Origin: Patescibacteria group bacterium
Lineage (GTDB): Bacteria > Patescibacteriota > Microgenomatia > Levybacterales > UBA12049
Length of the DNA: 64,000 bases
NCBI GenBank assembly: GCA_035457005.1
Contig: DATICB010000011.1
Location: 4,098-68,097, forward strand
Reading direction: 5' to 3'
Both the position numbers and the translations under genes were made by a program. Shown piece after piece: positions 35,880-46,206 of this stretch (the first letter of the stretch is position 1; each line of letters begins with the position of its first letter). The notes under the pieces are model-generated. The model was not told where the DNA came from, searched no databases, and worked only from the letters and a program-made list of their open reading frames with translations.

Positions 35880-36881
35880 TTACCCATGTCTTGGTGGCGT
35901 AACGCCTAACTTTTTCAAAGAATAATCCAACAACTCCTTCATATCATCCCTCCTGCTTTCACTGTCTAGCACAACGCCTATTATGTGATGTCCACCATAG
36001 TCCAGATATGTTACCAAACACAGTCCTGCTTCCGGAGTGTAGCCTGTTTTTACCCCTTTTACACCGGGGTAGCTGCTAATTAAATTGGTTTCATTTTCCA
36101 TATAAAACGCTTTGTGCGTATTGGTTGCCGGAATCGTGTTGTCAAATGTCGCTGCAACCTGTCGAAAAAGAGGGAAGTGCAAAAGAGCGTAGCGAGTCAT
36201 AATCAGTAAATCTCTACTTGTTGTGTATTGGTCTCCATCGCCCTGAAGTCCTGTTGGGTTGGTAAAGTGCGTGTCAGATAGTCCCAGGGTTGCTGTTTTT
36301 TCATTCATTGCAGCAATGAATTTATCCCGCCCACCGGGAAAATTAGCTGCCAATGTCTCTGCTGCATCATTGCCGGAGTTAAGAATAAGCCCGTAGAGCA
36401 AATCAGAAAGCGTCAGCACCTCACCTGTTGTCAGACCCATACTATCCTCACCAACAAGTGCTTTTTGAGAAACCGTATAGGCATCGGGATTTTGTGGGTG
36501 CTCCAGACTTACAATCGCTGTCATAATTTTCGTCAGGGAGGCCATAGGGAGCCTCTGGGTGGCATCTTTAGCAAAAAGTGTTGTATTATCGGTTATGTCA
36601 TAGACAAGGGCAGATTTTGCCGATAGAGTAGGCATCTGCTGCATGTTAGTATCCGCAAGTGTCAAAGGAATGCTCCATAAATCAAGCGTTGCCACCTGAT
36701 TGTTGGTAGGAAGCGCCAAATTGGACGGCACAGGAAAGGAGAGTGCATGAATTTCCTGAGAAACAGGCTCCCACAACCAAACAGTCAGACATGCAAGCGC
36801 AGTAACTAAAAGTATGGTTATAAGGTAAATCAGCCAACCACGCATCGATTTAGCGTAACAAATATCCCAAGTTTTGCGCAA
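35880..36881 (-). CDS. D-alanyl-D-alanine carboxypeptidase (serine-type, peptidase S11/PBP5-like)
   Basis: SLTKIMTA (SxxK), SGN and KTG motifs; N-terminal TM. Confidence 0.75.
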   Translation of the reverse strand: MRKTWDICYAKSMRGWLIYLITILLVTALACLTVWLWEPVSQEIHALSFPVPSNLALPTNNQVATLDLWSIPLTLADTNMQQMPTLSAKSALVYDITDNTTLFAKDATQRLPMASLTKIMTAIVSLEHPQNPDAYTVSQKALVGEDSMGLTTGEVLTLSDLLYGLILNSGNDAAETLAANFPGGRDKFIAAMNEKTATLGLSDTHFTNPTGLQGDGDQYTTSRDLLIMTRYALLHFPLFRQVAATFDNTIPATNTHKAFYMENETNLISSYPGVKGVKTGYTPEAGLCLVTYLDYGGHHIIGVVLDSESRRDDMKELLDYSLKKLGVTPPRHG

Positions 36882-36904
36882 GTCTCCTATGGTACAATAG
36901 ATGC

Positions 36905-37876
36905 GTGCTTATTGATACAGTTACTATTACTATAGAGGCAGGAAAAGGTGGCAACGGCCGCGTTTCTTTTCTTCGTAATGCCCAGACTGCACGAGGAGGG
37001 CCGGATGGCGGCAATGGGGGAAATGGGGGAAATATTTTTTTACAAGGAGTTAACGACTCTTCAGCACTCCAGCGATTTCAGTACCAAAAAGAAATTCGAG
37101 CAGAAGAGGGTATTGCAGGCGGCAAGCAAAAGCAGTTTGGCAGAAATGGGAAAGATACTACCATTTATTTACCTATTGGCACATTTGTCACCGACACAAC
37201 AACACACGAGCAATTTGAAATCACCAACGATACAGACAAAATTCTTATCGCGCATGGTGGCGTTGGTGGAAAAGGGAATGATGAATTTAAGTCCGCAACC
37301 AATCAGACACCACGATATGCCGAAAAGGGGACACCGGGTGAGAAAAAAGAATTATTTTTAGAGCTTAAATTAATTGCAGATATTGGCTTTATTGGTTTGC
37401 CGAATGCTGGAAAAAGCTCGCTTCTGTCTGTTCTTACTCATGCACATCCAAAAATTGCTAATTACCCCTTTACGACTCTTGAGCCAAACATTGGCATGTT
37501 GTATGTAGGCAAGACCAAACAAATTGCTTTGGCAGATATCCCAGGGCTTATCGAAGGGGCACATTCGGGTAAAGGGTTGGGTATACAATTTTTGCGCCAT
37601 GTTGAAAAAACAAGAATATTTTTACACTGCATAAGTGTAGAAAATGATAATGTTTTGGATGCCTATCAAACAGTACGAAAAGAATTAGAAGAATATAACG
37701 CAACGCTTCTTGAAAAAAAAGAAATTATTCTTCTCACCAAAACAGATTTAGTCGATGAAAAAACAGTTGCTGCAAAAGTAAAAGAATTAAAGAAAACAAA
37801 AAAAGATATTATTCCATTTTCTTTGTATAATGAAAAAGATATAGAATATATTAAAAAAATTCTTGCTGAGCAATGA
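36905..37876 (+). CDS. obg: GTPase Obg/CgtA
   Basis: Gly-rich Obg fold (GGNGGNGGN), G1 GLPNAGKSSLL, DIPGLIEGA. Confidence 0.85.
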   Translation: MLIDTVTITIEAGKGGNGRVSFLRNAQTARGGPDGGNGGNGGNIFLQGVNDSSALQRFQYQKEIRAEEGIAGGKQKQFGRNGKDTTIYLPIGTFVTDTTTHEQFEITNDTDKILIAHGGVGGKGNDEFKSATNQTPRYAEKGTPGEKKELFLELKLIADIGFIGLPNAGKSSLLSVLTHAHPKIANYPFTTLEPNIGMLYVGKTKQIALADIPGLIEGAHSGKGLGIQFLRHVEKTRIFLHCISVENDNVLDAYQTVRKELEEYNATLLEKKEIILLTKTDLVDEKTVAAKVKELKKTKKDIIPFSLYNEKDIEYIKKILAEQ

Positions 37877-38451
37877 AAAAAATTGACAAAATAAGTTACT
37901 ATTTGAGAATTTATTTTGTCATTCTGAGCAAAGCGAAGGAACTCCTCCTACTTATCGCAATTTTCTTTTTTATCGCCACTCAAACTTCATTTGCAGCATC
38001 TCCGTATGTTTTACCATATCCATCTGCAATGCCAGGTGGAGTAAGCTATAAATTGCATATTGTTTGGGAAAAAATAATGCAATATTGGTATTTTGGAGAT
38101 TTCGGTCAATATACATACAATCTCAAAGAATCAGATAAATATCTTGTTGAGGCAAAAACATTATTTGAATACAACCAATATCTATTGGGTTTTGCTGCAT
38201 TGCAAAAATCAAATACATATTTTGCTCATGTGCAACCATTTTTAGAAAAAGCCAAACAAGATGGGAAAAACATTACGGAAAATCAGTTAGCGCTCCAACA
38301 AGCTGCTGCTAAGCATATTGAGGTTTTACAAAAAATGGAAAACGAAACCCCTAGCGATTTCACTTGGACACCAGAAAAAAATCCTTCAAGCACACTTCAC
38401 ATCCACCAACTTATTCAACAAGCAATAGAAGAAAGGCAAAAAGATTTATGA
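37873..38451 (+). CDS. Hypothetical secreted/membrane-anchored protein
   Basis: Signal peptide-like N-terminus; no recognisable family. Confidence 0.4.
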   Translation: MKKIDKISYYLRIYFVILSKAKELLLLIAIFFFIATQTSFAASPYVLPYPSAMPGGVSYKLHIVWEKIMQYWYFGDFGQYTYNLKESDKYLVEAKTLFEYNQYLLGFAALQKSNTYFAHVQPFLEKAKQDGKNITENQLALQQAAAKHIEVLQKMENETPSDFTWTPEKNPSSTLHIHQLIQQAIEERQKDL

Positions 38452-39560
38452 GAAAAATTGTATTTATTTTCTATTTTCTTTTTCTTATTTCTTTTGTTGT
38501 GTTTTCTTATCTTTTTGTTGACCCGGGACTTTTTTACTTACGATTTTCATTTACCAATTTTTTTCAATTACACAGAGTCATTACAACATGTCTATTTTCT
38601 CTGAGTATTATTTTCTTTTTTACATTCTATGCTTATTTTTTGCATGAGGTAAATCGAAATACCGTTTCGATCAGTACAATTTTTGCATTGAGTATTGGGT
38701 CTGCTGCTGTTTTACTTTTTGCCTATCCGGCAATGATTTCATTCGATATTTTCAACTACATTGCTACTGCAAAAGTAACATTTTTTTATCATGAGAATCC
38801 CTATATTCTTATGCCAATAGCATTTACTAAAGACCCATTACTCCTTTTTATGCACGCTCCTAATAAAATAGCATTGTATGCACCTTTTTGGATCTTACTT
38901 ACTGCAGTACCATATATACTTGGATTTGGTAATTTTTTACTTATTCTTTTTAACTTCAAACTTTTTTCAGCATTTTTTTATCTCTGTACTATTTTTCTTC
39001 TTTGGAAAATGACAAAAAGTAAATTCAAAACAACACTTTTCGCACTCAACCCTTTGGTATTAATTGAGCTTCTCGTTAGTGCCCACAACGAGTCGATAAT
39101 GCTTTTTTTATTTCTAGCAGGTAGTTATTTCCTTTTTGAAAACCAAAAAGGGAAGGGGAGTGTATTGTTTGTTTTGTCTATTTTTATTAAATATGCAACA
39201 GCTGTCCTTGTGCCTTTATTTATATATGCAACAATCAAACAAATATCAAAAGAGAGATTTTTCCTTTGGACAACAATTTTTATGTATATTATATTTTTTG
39301 CATCCGCCTTCCGTGAAGAAATTTATCCATGGTACACATTATGGTTTTTCTTGCCTTCTATTTTTTTATTCAAAAACAGTTTGTTTACCTGGATAACTAC
39401 AACGTTTACCTTTAGCATGCTGCTCCGGTACATCCCGTTTATGTTTATCGGAACGTACTTTGGTCCGACGCCTCTTCTTAAAATTGTTCTTATGTGGATC
39501 CCTGTCTTACTTGCCGCACTTGCATACTTTACAACACAGAAAAAGAAACAACTTATATGA
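38448..39560 (+). CDS. Polytopic membrane protein, GT-C-like glycosyltransferase (DUF2029/mannosyltransferase-like)
   Basis: About 11 TM helices; ALNPLVLIELLVSAHNESIM motif; overlapped starts with its neighbours. Confidence 0.5.
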   Translation: MRKIVFIFYFLFLISFVVFSYLFVDPGLFYLRFSFTNFFQLHRVITTCLFSLSIIFFFTFYAYFLHEVNRNTVSISTIFALSIGSAAVLLFAYPAMISFDIFNYIATAKVTFFYHENPYILMPIAFTKDPLLLFMHAPNKIALYAPFWILLTAVPYILGFGNFLLILFNFKLFSAFFYLCTIFLLWKMTKSKFKTTLFALNPLVLIELLVSAHNESIMLFLFLAGSYFLFENQKGKGSVLFVLSIFIKYATAVLVPLFIYATIKQISKERFFLWTTIFMYIIFFASAFREEIYPWYTLWFFLPSIFLFKNSLFTWITTTFTFSMLLRYIPFMFIGTYFGPTPLLKIVLMWIPVLLAALAYFTTQKKKQLI

Positions 39561-41389
39561 CCACTTGGCTTTTTCTCCTTTTTGTATTTGTTCATGGAGC
39601 AGTAATTGCTCATTTGTGTATTAAGAAAGATGGCGATGCCCGACTTGCTTCTGCTTTTATATTCGGCTCGCTAGCATCAACGACACCCATATATCTTTTA
39701 ACAGTTGCTATAAAATCATTAAATACATCATTGATACTATTTTTTTGTATTTCTTTACTCTTTTTTATTTTGTTGAGAAACAAATACATACAGGCATTTA
39801 TTCAATTTCGTAATGTTCACTGGACAAGATGGTGTCTGTTGGGATTGCTTTTTATAGCATCGTACTATCTATTTTCAAAAGCATTTGGATACGATAGTAT
39901 TCACGGAAATTTTCTTATTGCGTCTCATGTGTACATGGACATGGGTGCACACATACCCTTTATACGTTCCTTTTCTATGGGGAACAATATTCCGTTTGCT
40001 GTGCCTTTTTTTGCAGAGAAATCTATTTTTTATTATCCTTTGTTTGATTTTTACACAGGACTTTTGGAAAAATATGGCATGCGAATAGATATTGCATACA
40101 ACTTTTTAAGCTCACTAACATTAATCTCATTTATCGTACTTTTATATAAAACAACGTATGTGCTTTTCAGAAAAAAATCCATCAGTATTCTTACTGTTTT
40201 TCTTTTCTTTTTTCCAAGCACTTTGCAGACTCCTTTGCTACAGACTGCATCATTCAAACTTTTTCTGCAAAGCTTCTGGCATATAACTTCGTACAACGGG
40301 AGTGGTCCACTTGGAGAAAATACAATTCAGGTTTTTTGGTATTTTAATACATTTCTTAATCAACGACCCTTACTCTTTGGTCTTGCTTCGCTTTTTCTTT
40401 TTGTATTTATGTTTTTACAACAAGACAAAAAAATACTCACTAAATCAATGCAAATTGTACTTGGGACATTGTTAGGATTTCTTGCACTGTGGCATACACT
40501 TATCTACACAATATCTTTTTTTCTTCTTGGGTCAATTTCTTTGCAGATAAAATATTTTTTTAAATATATTCCTTTCTTTTTTATTTCGCTTTGCATAGGA
40601 GTCCCGGCTGTTTTACTACTGGACAAATTTCCCATTGTTTTCAAACCCGGATTTGTACTGTCCAATACTCTTTCTTTGGAAAGATTATTACTGTTTTGGG
40701 GTTGGAATCTTGGTGTGGGAATAGTGCTTATACCCCTTGGATTTATTTTTGCAAAGAAAAATATGAAATTGTTTTTTGTTCCTATTTTTTTACTTTTTAT
40801 TGTACCCAACCTTTTTCAACTTGCACCATACATGTATGATAATCATAAATTTTTCTCTATTTGGATTATATTTGCAAATATGCTGAGCGCACTTGCGCTA
40901 GCAACTATATGGAACAAGAAACTCCTTGGCAAAATCCTAACATGCATTTTCCTTTTGTTTTATATTCTTCCAGGCCTGTGTAATTTTCTAGTTATTAAAA
41001 ATGATGTAAAGGCAGTGGTTACTGACTATCCTCGTAATTCATTTATGACGTTTGTAAAGAAAAATCTTCCCAACGACAGTATTATTTTTACCAATGGAGA
41101 AATATACGATCCTACAAATCTTGTTGGAAAAAAGACATATCTTGGGAGAGTGCATTTTATCTATACCTACGGAGTCTCTGCAGATACAGCTATACAAAAT
41201 AAAAATATTGCTCTCTTAGGACAAGATAAAAATTCAATCCAGATTCTTTTCAAGAGACTGAATATACGATATGCTGTATTTTATAAGAATAATTTTGCAC
41301 ATAATACAAGCGACGTTAATATAAATTTCTACAAAAAAAACTTTACAAAAATATATGAAGACACTAATGGCATTATTTTCAAAATATAA
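39557..41389 (+). CDS. Large polytopic membrane protein, GT-C superfamily-like (PMT/ArnT-like)
   Basis: More than 12 TM helices plus a C-terminal soluble domain; ATGA start/stop overlap with the upstream gene. Confidence 0.45.
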   Translation: MTTWLFLLFVFVHGAVIAHLCIKKDGDARLASAFIFGSLASTTPIYLLTVAIKSLNTSLILFFCISLLFFILLRNKYIQAFIQFRNVHWTRWCLLGLLFIASYYLFSKAFGYDSIHGNFLIASHVYMDMGAHIPFIRSFSMGNNIPFAVPFFAEKSIFYYPLFDFYTGLLEKYGMRIDIAYNFLSSLTLISFIVLLYKTTYVLFRKKSISILTVFLFFFPSTLQTPLLQTASFKLFLQSFWHITSYNGSGPLGENTIQVFWYFNTFLNQRPLLFGLASLFLFVFMFLQQDKKILTKSMQIVLGTLLGFLALWHTLIYTISFFLLGSISLQIKYFFKYIPFFFISLCIGVPAVLLLDKFPIVFKPGFVLSNTLSLERLLLFWGWNLGVGIVLIPLGFIFAKKNMKLFFVPIFLLFIVPNLFQLAPYMYDNHKFFSIWIIFANMLSALALATIWNKKLLGKILTCIFLLFYILPGLCNFLVIKNDVKAVVTDYPRNSFMTFVKKNLPNDSIIFTNGEIYDPTNLVGKKTYLGRVHFIYTYGVSADTAIQNKNIALLGQDKNSIQILFKRLNIRYAVFYKNNFAHNTSDVNINFYKKNFTKIYEDTNGIIFKI

Positions 41390-42998
41390 ACATTTTTTAC
41401 TGGTTATTCTACTTGGACTTTTTGCCTCTTGGCCACTTTTGCATATTGGACTCATACCAACGCATGATGGAGAATATCATCTTATTCGCTTTTTTGAATT
41501 TGACAAAATGCTTCGTGCAGGATACCTGTATCCCAGATGGGCACCTGATTTGGACTTTTCTTACGGGTTACCTCTTTTTACTTTTGTGTACCCGCTTCCA
41601 AATTATGTAGCCTCTCTTCTTCATTTATTTGGAGCAAGTTTTTTAGATAGTGTCAAACTGGTCATGGTCGTCTCAACTCTTTTTGGAGGACTGTTTTTCT
41701 ATCTCTGGACAGAAAAATTTTGGGGTAGATTGGGTGCGCTTGTATCGACAACATTGTACTTATTCGCACCGTATCGATTTGTCGACATTTACGTTCGCGG
41801 GTCGGTGGGAGAAGTTATGGCACTAGGAGTTTTTCCAGGATTTCTTTGGACGTACACGCAATATATTACCAGTAAAAAACCTGTATACGTTGTTGCTTCT
41901 GCAATCTTTTTAGCACTTACCATTTTTTCTCACAATATTTTGGGACTTATGTTTTTTGTCTTTACCATTTTTTACATGACGCTTCTTATTATTACTAGTC
42001 AGCAGAAAAAATCTCTTACAGTTTCATCACTTTTCATTCTTCTGTTTTCTTTGGGTCTATCTGCAATTTTTTGGTTGCCGGCACTTTTTGAAACACAATT
42101 TGTTAGAGGACTTCAGGTATACAATATTGCCCAAAATTTTCCGGATCTTTCACAATTACTGCTTCCTTCGTGGGGATCTGGATTTTTTGACAGCAATGGC
42201 GGCGATGCAATGTCCACACAAATAGGACTGGCGAATATTTTTGTTATTATAATTAGTTGCATTGTTTTGGCAAAATTATGGAGAAAAAAACAAGAGAAAA
42301 AACCATTTCTTATTTTTTCACTTTTGTGTCTCGCTGTTCTTGTTTTCTTTATGTTGCCAATAAGTTTGTTTTTCTGGCAAACAATACCGCTTATTCATTA
42401 TTTTCAATTTCCGTGGAGACTTTTAAGCTTGGTTATTTTGCTTTGTTCGTTTTTAGCAGGTTCTGTAATGTTACTAAAACCATCAAAACCACTGGCAATT
42501 ATTTTAATCGCAATTGCTATTCTTACAACATATTCGTATACCCAACCAGCATATTATATGGTCCGAACAGATAGCTACTACACTTTACGATCTAATTTTA
42601 TTGATGGCACAAATAGTCCGGGGAATATCTTTGACACAATATGGAACACAACAAAATCAGCAAGATCAAAAGAACGATTTCCAGTGCAGAATGGGCTTTA
42701 CGTAACAGATTTACATTTTCTTTCACCAGTTAATTTTTCTGCACGCACAAATACATTAGCAAACATACAACAATCAGTCGCGCTATCTTTTTTTCCTGGT
42801 TGGCAAGTAACTGTAGACGGAAAAGTTATCACTGTTTTTCCAAGCAAAAATGGTCAGTTAAGCTTTTTATTGCCAAAAGGAAACCATACAGTCCATATAT
42901 TTTTGGTACAGACATTTCTTGAAGAAATTGCGCAATACGTATCATTACTCACCGCTCTCATACTTATTCTTTTTCTCTTGAGAAAAAGACAAAAATGA
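41355..42998 (+). CDS. Large polytopic membrane protein, GT-C superfamily-like
   Basis: HDGEYHLIRFFEFDKMLRAGYLYPRWAPDLDFSYGLP loop motif, then more than 10 TM helices and a C-terminal beta-rich domain. Confidence 0.45.
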   Translation: MKTLMALFSKYKHFLLVILLGLFASWPLLHIGLIPTHDGEYHLIRFFEFDKMLRAGYLYPRWAPDLDFSYGLPLFTFVYPLPNYVASLLHLFGASFLDSVKLVMVVSTLFGGLFFYLWTEKFWGRLGALVSTTLYLFAPYRFVDIYVRGSVGEVMALGVFPGFLWTYTQYITSKKPVYVVASAIFLALTIFSHNILGLMFFVFTIFYMTLLIITSQQKKSLTVSSLFILLFSLGLSAIFWLPALFETQFVRGLQVYNIAQNFPDLSQLLLPSWGSGFFDSNGGDAMSTQIGLANIFVIIISCIVLAKLWRKKQEKKPFLIFSLLCLAVLVFFMLPISLFFWQTIPLIHYFQFPWRLLSLVILLCSFLAGSVMLLKPSKPLAIILIAIAILTTYSYTQPAYYMVRTDSYYTLRSNFIDGTNSPGNIFDTIWNTTKSARSKERFPVQNGLYVTDLHFLSPVNFSARTNTLANIQQSVALSFFPGWQVTVDGKVITVFPSKNGQLSFLLPKGNHTVHIFLVQTFLEEIAQYVSLLTALILILFLLRKRQK

Positions 42999-43010
42999 AT
43001 TAGGATAGGA

Positions 43011-43646
43011 ATGATGGGAAAGTTAGTATTAGTACGACATGGCCAATCGATTTGGAATAAAAAGGGATTGTGGACAGGAAGAACAGATATTGATCTGACA
43101 GAAGAAGGAAGAGAAGAAGCTCGAAAGGCAGGGGAAGCACTCAAGCATATTTCTTTTGTAATTGCCTACACCGCGCCACTTATCCGCACTCGCCACACGC
43201 TTGATGAAATCAAAAATATACTTACAGACACATCATTTCCTGACTACATTACCCCCGCATTGACGGAGAGAGACTACGGAGACTTGACTGGCAAGAATAA
43301 ATGGAACGTAGAAAAAAAATACGGTGAAAAACAATTTTTAGCGTGGAGACGTGGATGGGATACGCCACCACCAAATGGAGAAAGTCTTAAAGACGTCTAC
43401 CAACGGGTTGTACCATTTTATGAAAACGATGTATTACCACGTCTTAAGGAAAATGAAAATGTTCTTGTTGTATCAAGCGGCAATGAATTAAGAGCACTCA
43501 TTAAACATATTGAAGATATTTCTGATAAAGATATTGTCCACACAGAAATCAAAACAGGTGAAGTTTGGGAGTATGACATTAACCACGATGGTGGCATGGT
43601 GAAGAAAAAAATTCTTGTCGCAAATACCAATTCAGAAAAGCAATAA
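43011..43646 (+). CDS. gpmA: 2,3-bisphosphoglycerate-dependent phosphoglycerate mutase
   Basis: LVLVRHGQSIWN histidine-phosphatase signature and full-length similarity. Confidence 0.8.
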   Translation: MMGKLVLVRHGQSIWNKKGLWTGRTDIDLTEEGREEARKAGEALKHISFVIAYTAPLIRTRHTLDEIKNILTDTSFPDYITPALTERDYGDLTGKNKWNVEKKYGEKQFLAWRRGWDTPPPNGESLKDVYQRVVPFYENDVLPRLKENENVLVVSSGNELRALIKHIEDISDKDIVHTEIKTGEVWEYDINHDGGMVKKKILVANTNSEKQ

Positions 43647-44639
43647 CTATTCAGGAAAAATAATAGTAAAGGTTGTTCCTTTTCCAAGCGTACTTGCAAC
43701 ATCTATTTTTGCTTTATGTCTAAGAAGTATCTCCCTGGCAATAGCAAGACCTAGCCCGCTTCCTGTTTGCGAACGAGACGCATCTTCCTGATAAAAACGT
43801 TCAAAAATTCTTTGAAGATTTTCCTTTGATATACCAATACCACTATCCTCAAAAACGATTGTTGGTTTTGGATGCTGTTTTAAACCAATAATAATAGTGC
43901 CATTTTCTTTTGTGTATTTGATTGCGTTATCAAGAAAAATAATGATTAGCTGTAATAATTCTTGTGTATCACCAAAAACACTCGTAGATTTTCCATTTTT
44001 AAAAACAATCGAAATATGTTTTGACACTGCAGATGCATGCAATGTGCCGATTGCTTCTTTTATTAATTTTGCAAGAGAAACACGAGTAAATTTATTCGTT
44101 TGTAATGTCTCCATTCTGGAAAGAAGCATAAGGTCGTTTGCCATTTTAGTCAGTCTTTGCGTTTGAGCGTTAACTTGTCCCAAAACCTTTTTGTATTCCT
44201 CTTTACTTTTTCCTGTTGTTCGAAGCGACACTTCTGTAGCTGTTTGGATTGCAGCAAGGGGAGTTCGAATTTCATGTGAAACATCTGCTAAAAATTCTTT
44301 TTGTTTTAAAAACGTTTTTTGGATAGGTGATAGCGTTTTACCAGCCAAAAAATAACTTAATCCTCCACCAACTAAAAGAACTAAACCATCAACAACTAAT
44401 AAGTTAAAAAGGAACGCACGTCTTATCGCTACAAGCTGATTGGCAACATCTGCTTTTTCCTCGTCACTAAGCAAGCGTGGAATTCTGCTGTTAAAATCCC
44501 TTTGCACAATAATTCGTACAAAATCCCGCTGCTCGCCGGTATACAAAACAAAAGAAAATGCAAAAAGAATAACAGCTAGTATCGCTACATACCAAGCGGT
44601 GAGGATAATTCGCGTTTTATGAAAATAATAAGAGTCCAT
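43647..44639 (-). CDS. Sensor histidine kinase
   Basis: Two TM helices; HisKA HEIRTPLAAI; HATPase motifs (GSGLGLAIA). Confidence 0.8.
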   Translation of the reverse strand: MDSYYFHKTRIILTAWYVAILAVILFAFSFVLYTGEQRDFVRIIVQRDFNSRIPRLLSDEEKADVANQLVAIRRAFLFNLLVVDGLVLLVGGGLSYFLAGKTLSPIQKTFLKQKEFLADVSHEIRTPLAAIQTATEVSLRTTGKSKEEYKKVLGQVNAQTQRLTKMANDLMLLSRMETLQTNKFTRVSLAKLIKEAIGTLHASAVSKHISIVFKNGKSTSVFGDTQELLQLIIIFLDNAIKYTKENGTIIIGLKQHPKPTIVFEDSGIGISKENLQRIFERFYQEDASRSQTGSGLGLAIAREILLRHKAKIDVASTLGKGTTFTIIFPE

Positions 44640-44645
44640 ATATTA

Positions 44646-45314
44646 CTATTTTATCTTATACCCAATACCACGGATTGTCATAAAGACAGGTTTTTCTTTG
44701 GGAAATGCTTTATCTATTTTTTCCCGAAGTCGTTTTACCAAAACATCAACAATATTGCTTAGTAAATTTTCTGAATAATCCCACACATGTGAAATAATTT
44801 GTTCACGTGTCAAAATACTTCCTGGATTTCTCATAAAATATTCTAAGAGTGCATATTCTTTACTTGTCAAAATAATTTCTTTCCCTTTGCGGGTTACTAT
44901 GTGTGTTGCTGGATCAAGTGTGATTGAATCAACAGCAAGAACAGGACTTTTTTTACCATTTCGTCGAATAAGTGCGCGAATACGCGCTAACAATTCTTCA
45001 AAAGAAAACGGCTTAATCAGATAATCATCTGCACCACTATCAAGCCCCGCCACAGTATCGCTTACCGTATCTTTTGCAGTAAGCATAAGAATGGGAGTAT
45101 TATTTTTTTCTTCACGAAGTGTTCTACACAGCGTAATTCCCGACATGCCTGGCAACATAATGTCTAAAATAATAACATCGTAGTCTTCAAACATTGCCTG
45201 TTCGTACCCAAGCGTTCCGTTGTAGCAAACATCGACTGCAAAATGCTCGTCAACGAGACCAATTTTTATAGAATCTGCTAATGTTTTTTCATCTTCAACA
45301 ATAAGAATTCTCAT
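44646..45314 (-). CDS. OmpR-family response regulator; start at MRILIVEDE
   Basis: Receiver domain plus winged-helix domain (ILTREQIISHVWDY...TIRGIGYK). Confidence 0.8.
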   Translation of the reverse strand: MRILIVEDEKTLADSIKIGLVDEHFAVDVCYNGTLGYEQAMFEDYDVIILDIMLPGMSGITLCRTLREEKNNTPILMLTAKDTVSDTVAGLDSGADDYLIKPFSFEELLARIRALIRRNGKKSPVLAVDSITLDPATHIVTRKGKEIILTSKEYALLEYFMRNPGSILTREQIISHVWDYSENLLSNIVDVLVKRLREKIDKAFPKEKPVFMTIRGIGYKIK

Positions 45315-45382
45315 ACGTATAGTATACCAAAAACGTGCCTGAATTATTGATTTTGAGCATAACAAAGATAAATGAACAGGCA

Positions 45383-45667
45383 ATGAACGAACCGAAACAG
45401 ACACACGAGATATGTATTGCCACAAAAAGAAAACCCTTGTACTATTTCGAAAATATGACCTTTCATCCATGTAGCGGAATGTCTCAAGCTGAAGAGTATA
45501 TTGACGTAGTCCATGATCCAACAGTAAACAGGCAAAGAGCACTAGAAAAAATTAGACGTCGCTTGGATGGAGAGTGGGAAAGAGTACGGTTTGCACCCGC
45601 ATGTAACGAAAGGGGAGAACGATTGAAAGGAAGACTTGCAATAATAGGCACTCGACGTCAGAGATGA
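45383..45667 (+). CDS. Small basic hypothetical protein
   Basis: GC-rich ORF with R-rich C-terminus. Confidence 0.25.
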   Translation: MNEPKQTHEICIATKRKPLYYFENMTFHPCSGMSQAEEYIDVVHDPTVNRQRALEKIRRRLDGEWERVRFAPACNERGERLKGRLAIIGTRRQR

Positions 45668-45686
45668 AATGAAGCAAATACTCCCT

Positions 45687-46157
45687 TTACTTTTTTGATG
45701 CTCGTTTTACCACTTTTGCAGTATTCACAATTTCGCGCAACTCGCCATCTTCTCCCTCGATTTCGTTAATCCCAGTAAGTCTTTGGTACTCCAAGAGATA
45801 ATCCGACAAAGCAAATTGCTTGTCTTTTAATTCTGTTGTCATCGATTTGATTTTATTAGAAAGCATAATGTTTTGTGGTTGGCTCGTAATTTGCAAACGA
45901 GTTGCAGATTTTACTTTTATTGCTTCTTTTGCCAAACGCAGGTGCTCTTGATACACAGCATCATTCATAAAACTGTCTTCAAGCATTTGTCTTTGCTTTT
46001 TTACCTCGTCTTTTAATTTATCAATTGAGGCAATGTGGTTTTTAATAAGATTTTCCAAACTTAAAAGTACTGTTGCCTGATCAGAGTCAGATTGCGTGGC
46101 GGAAGTTTCCTCAACAATTTCGCCTTCTGTTACTTCTTCAACTTTGTCTTCATCCAT
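45687..46157 (-). CDS. Hypothetical acidic coiled-coil protein
   Basis: 156-aa ORF. Confidence 0.45.
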   Translation of the reverse strand: MDEDKVEEVTEGEIVEETSATQSDSDQATVLLSLENLIKNHIASIDKLKDEVKKQRQMLEDSFMNDAVYQEHLRLAKEAIKVKSATRLQITSQPQNIMLSNKIKSMTTELKDKQFALSDYLLEYQRLTGINEIEGEDGELREIVNTAKVVKRASKK

Positions 46158-46206
46158 AGAGTATAACTATACAAAATTTCTCAAGAAAAAAACAAGAGGG
46201 TAATTA

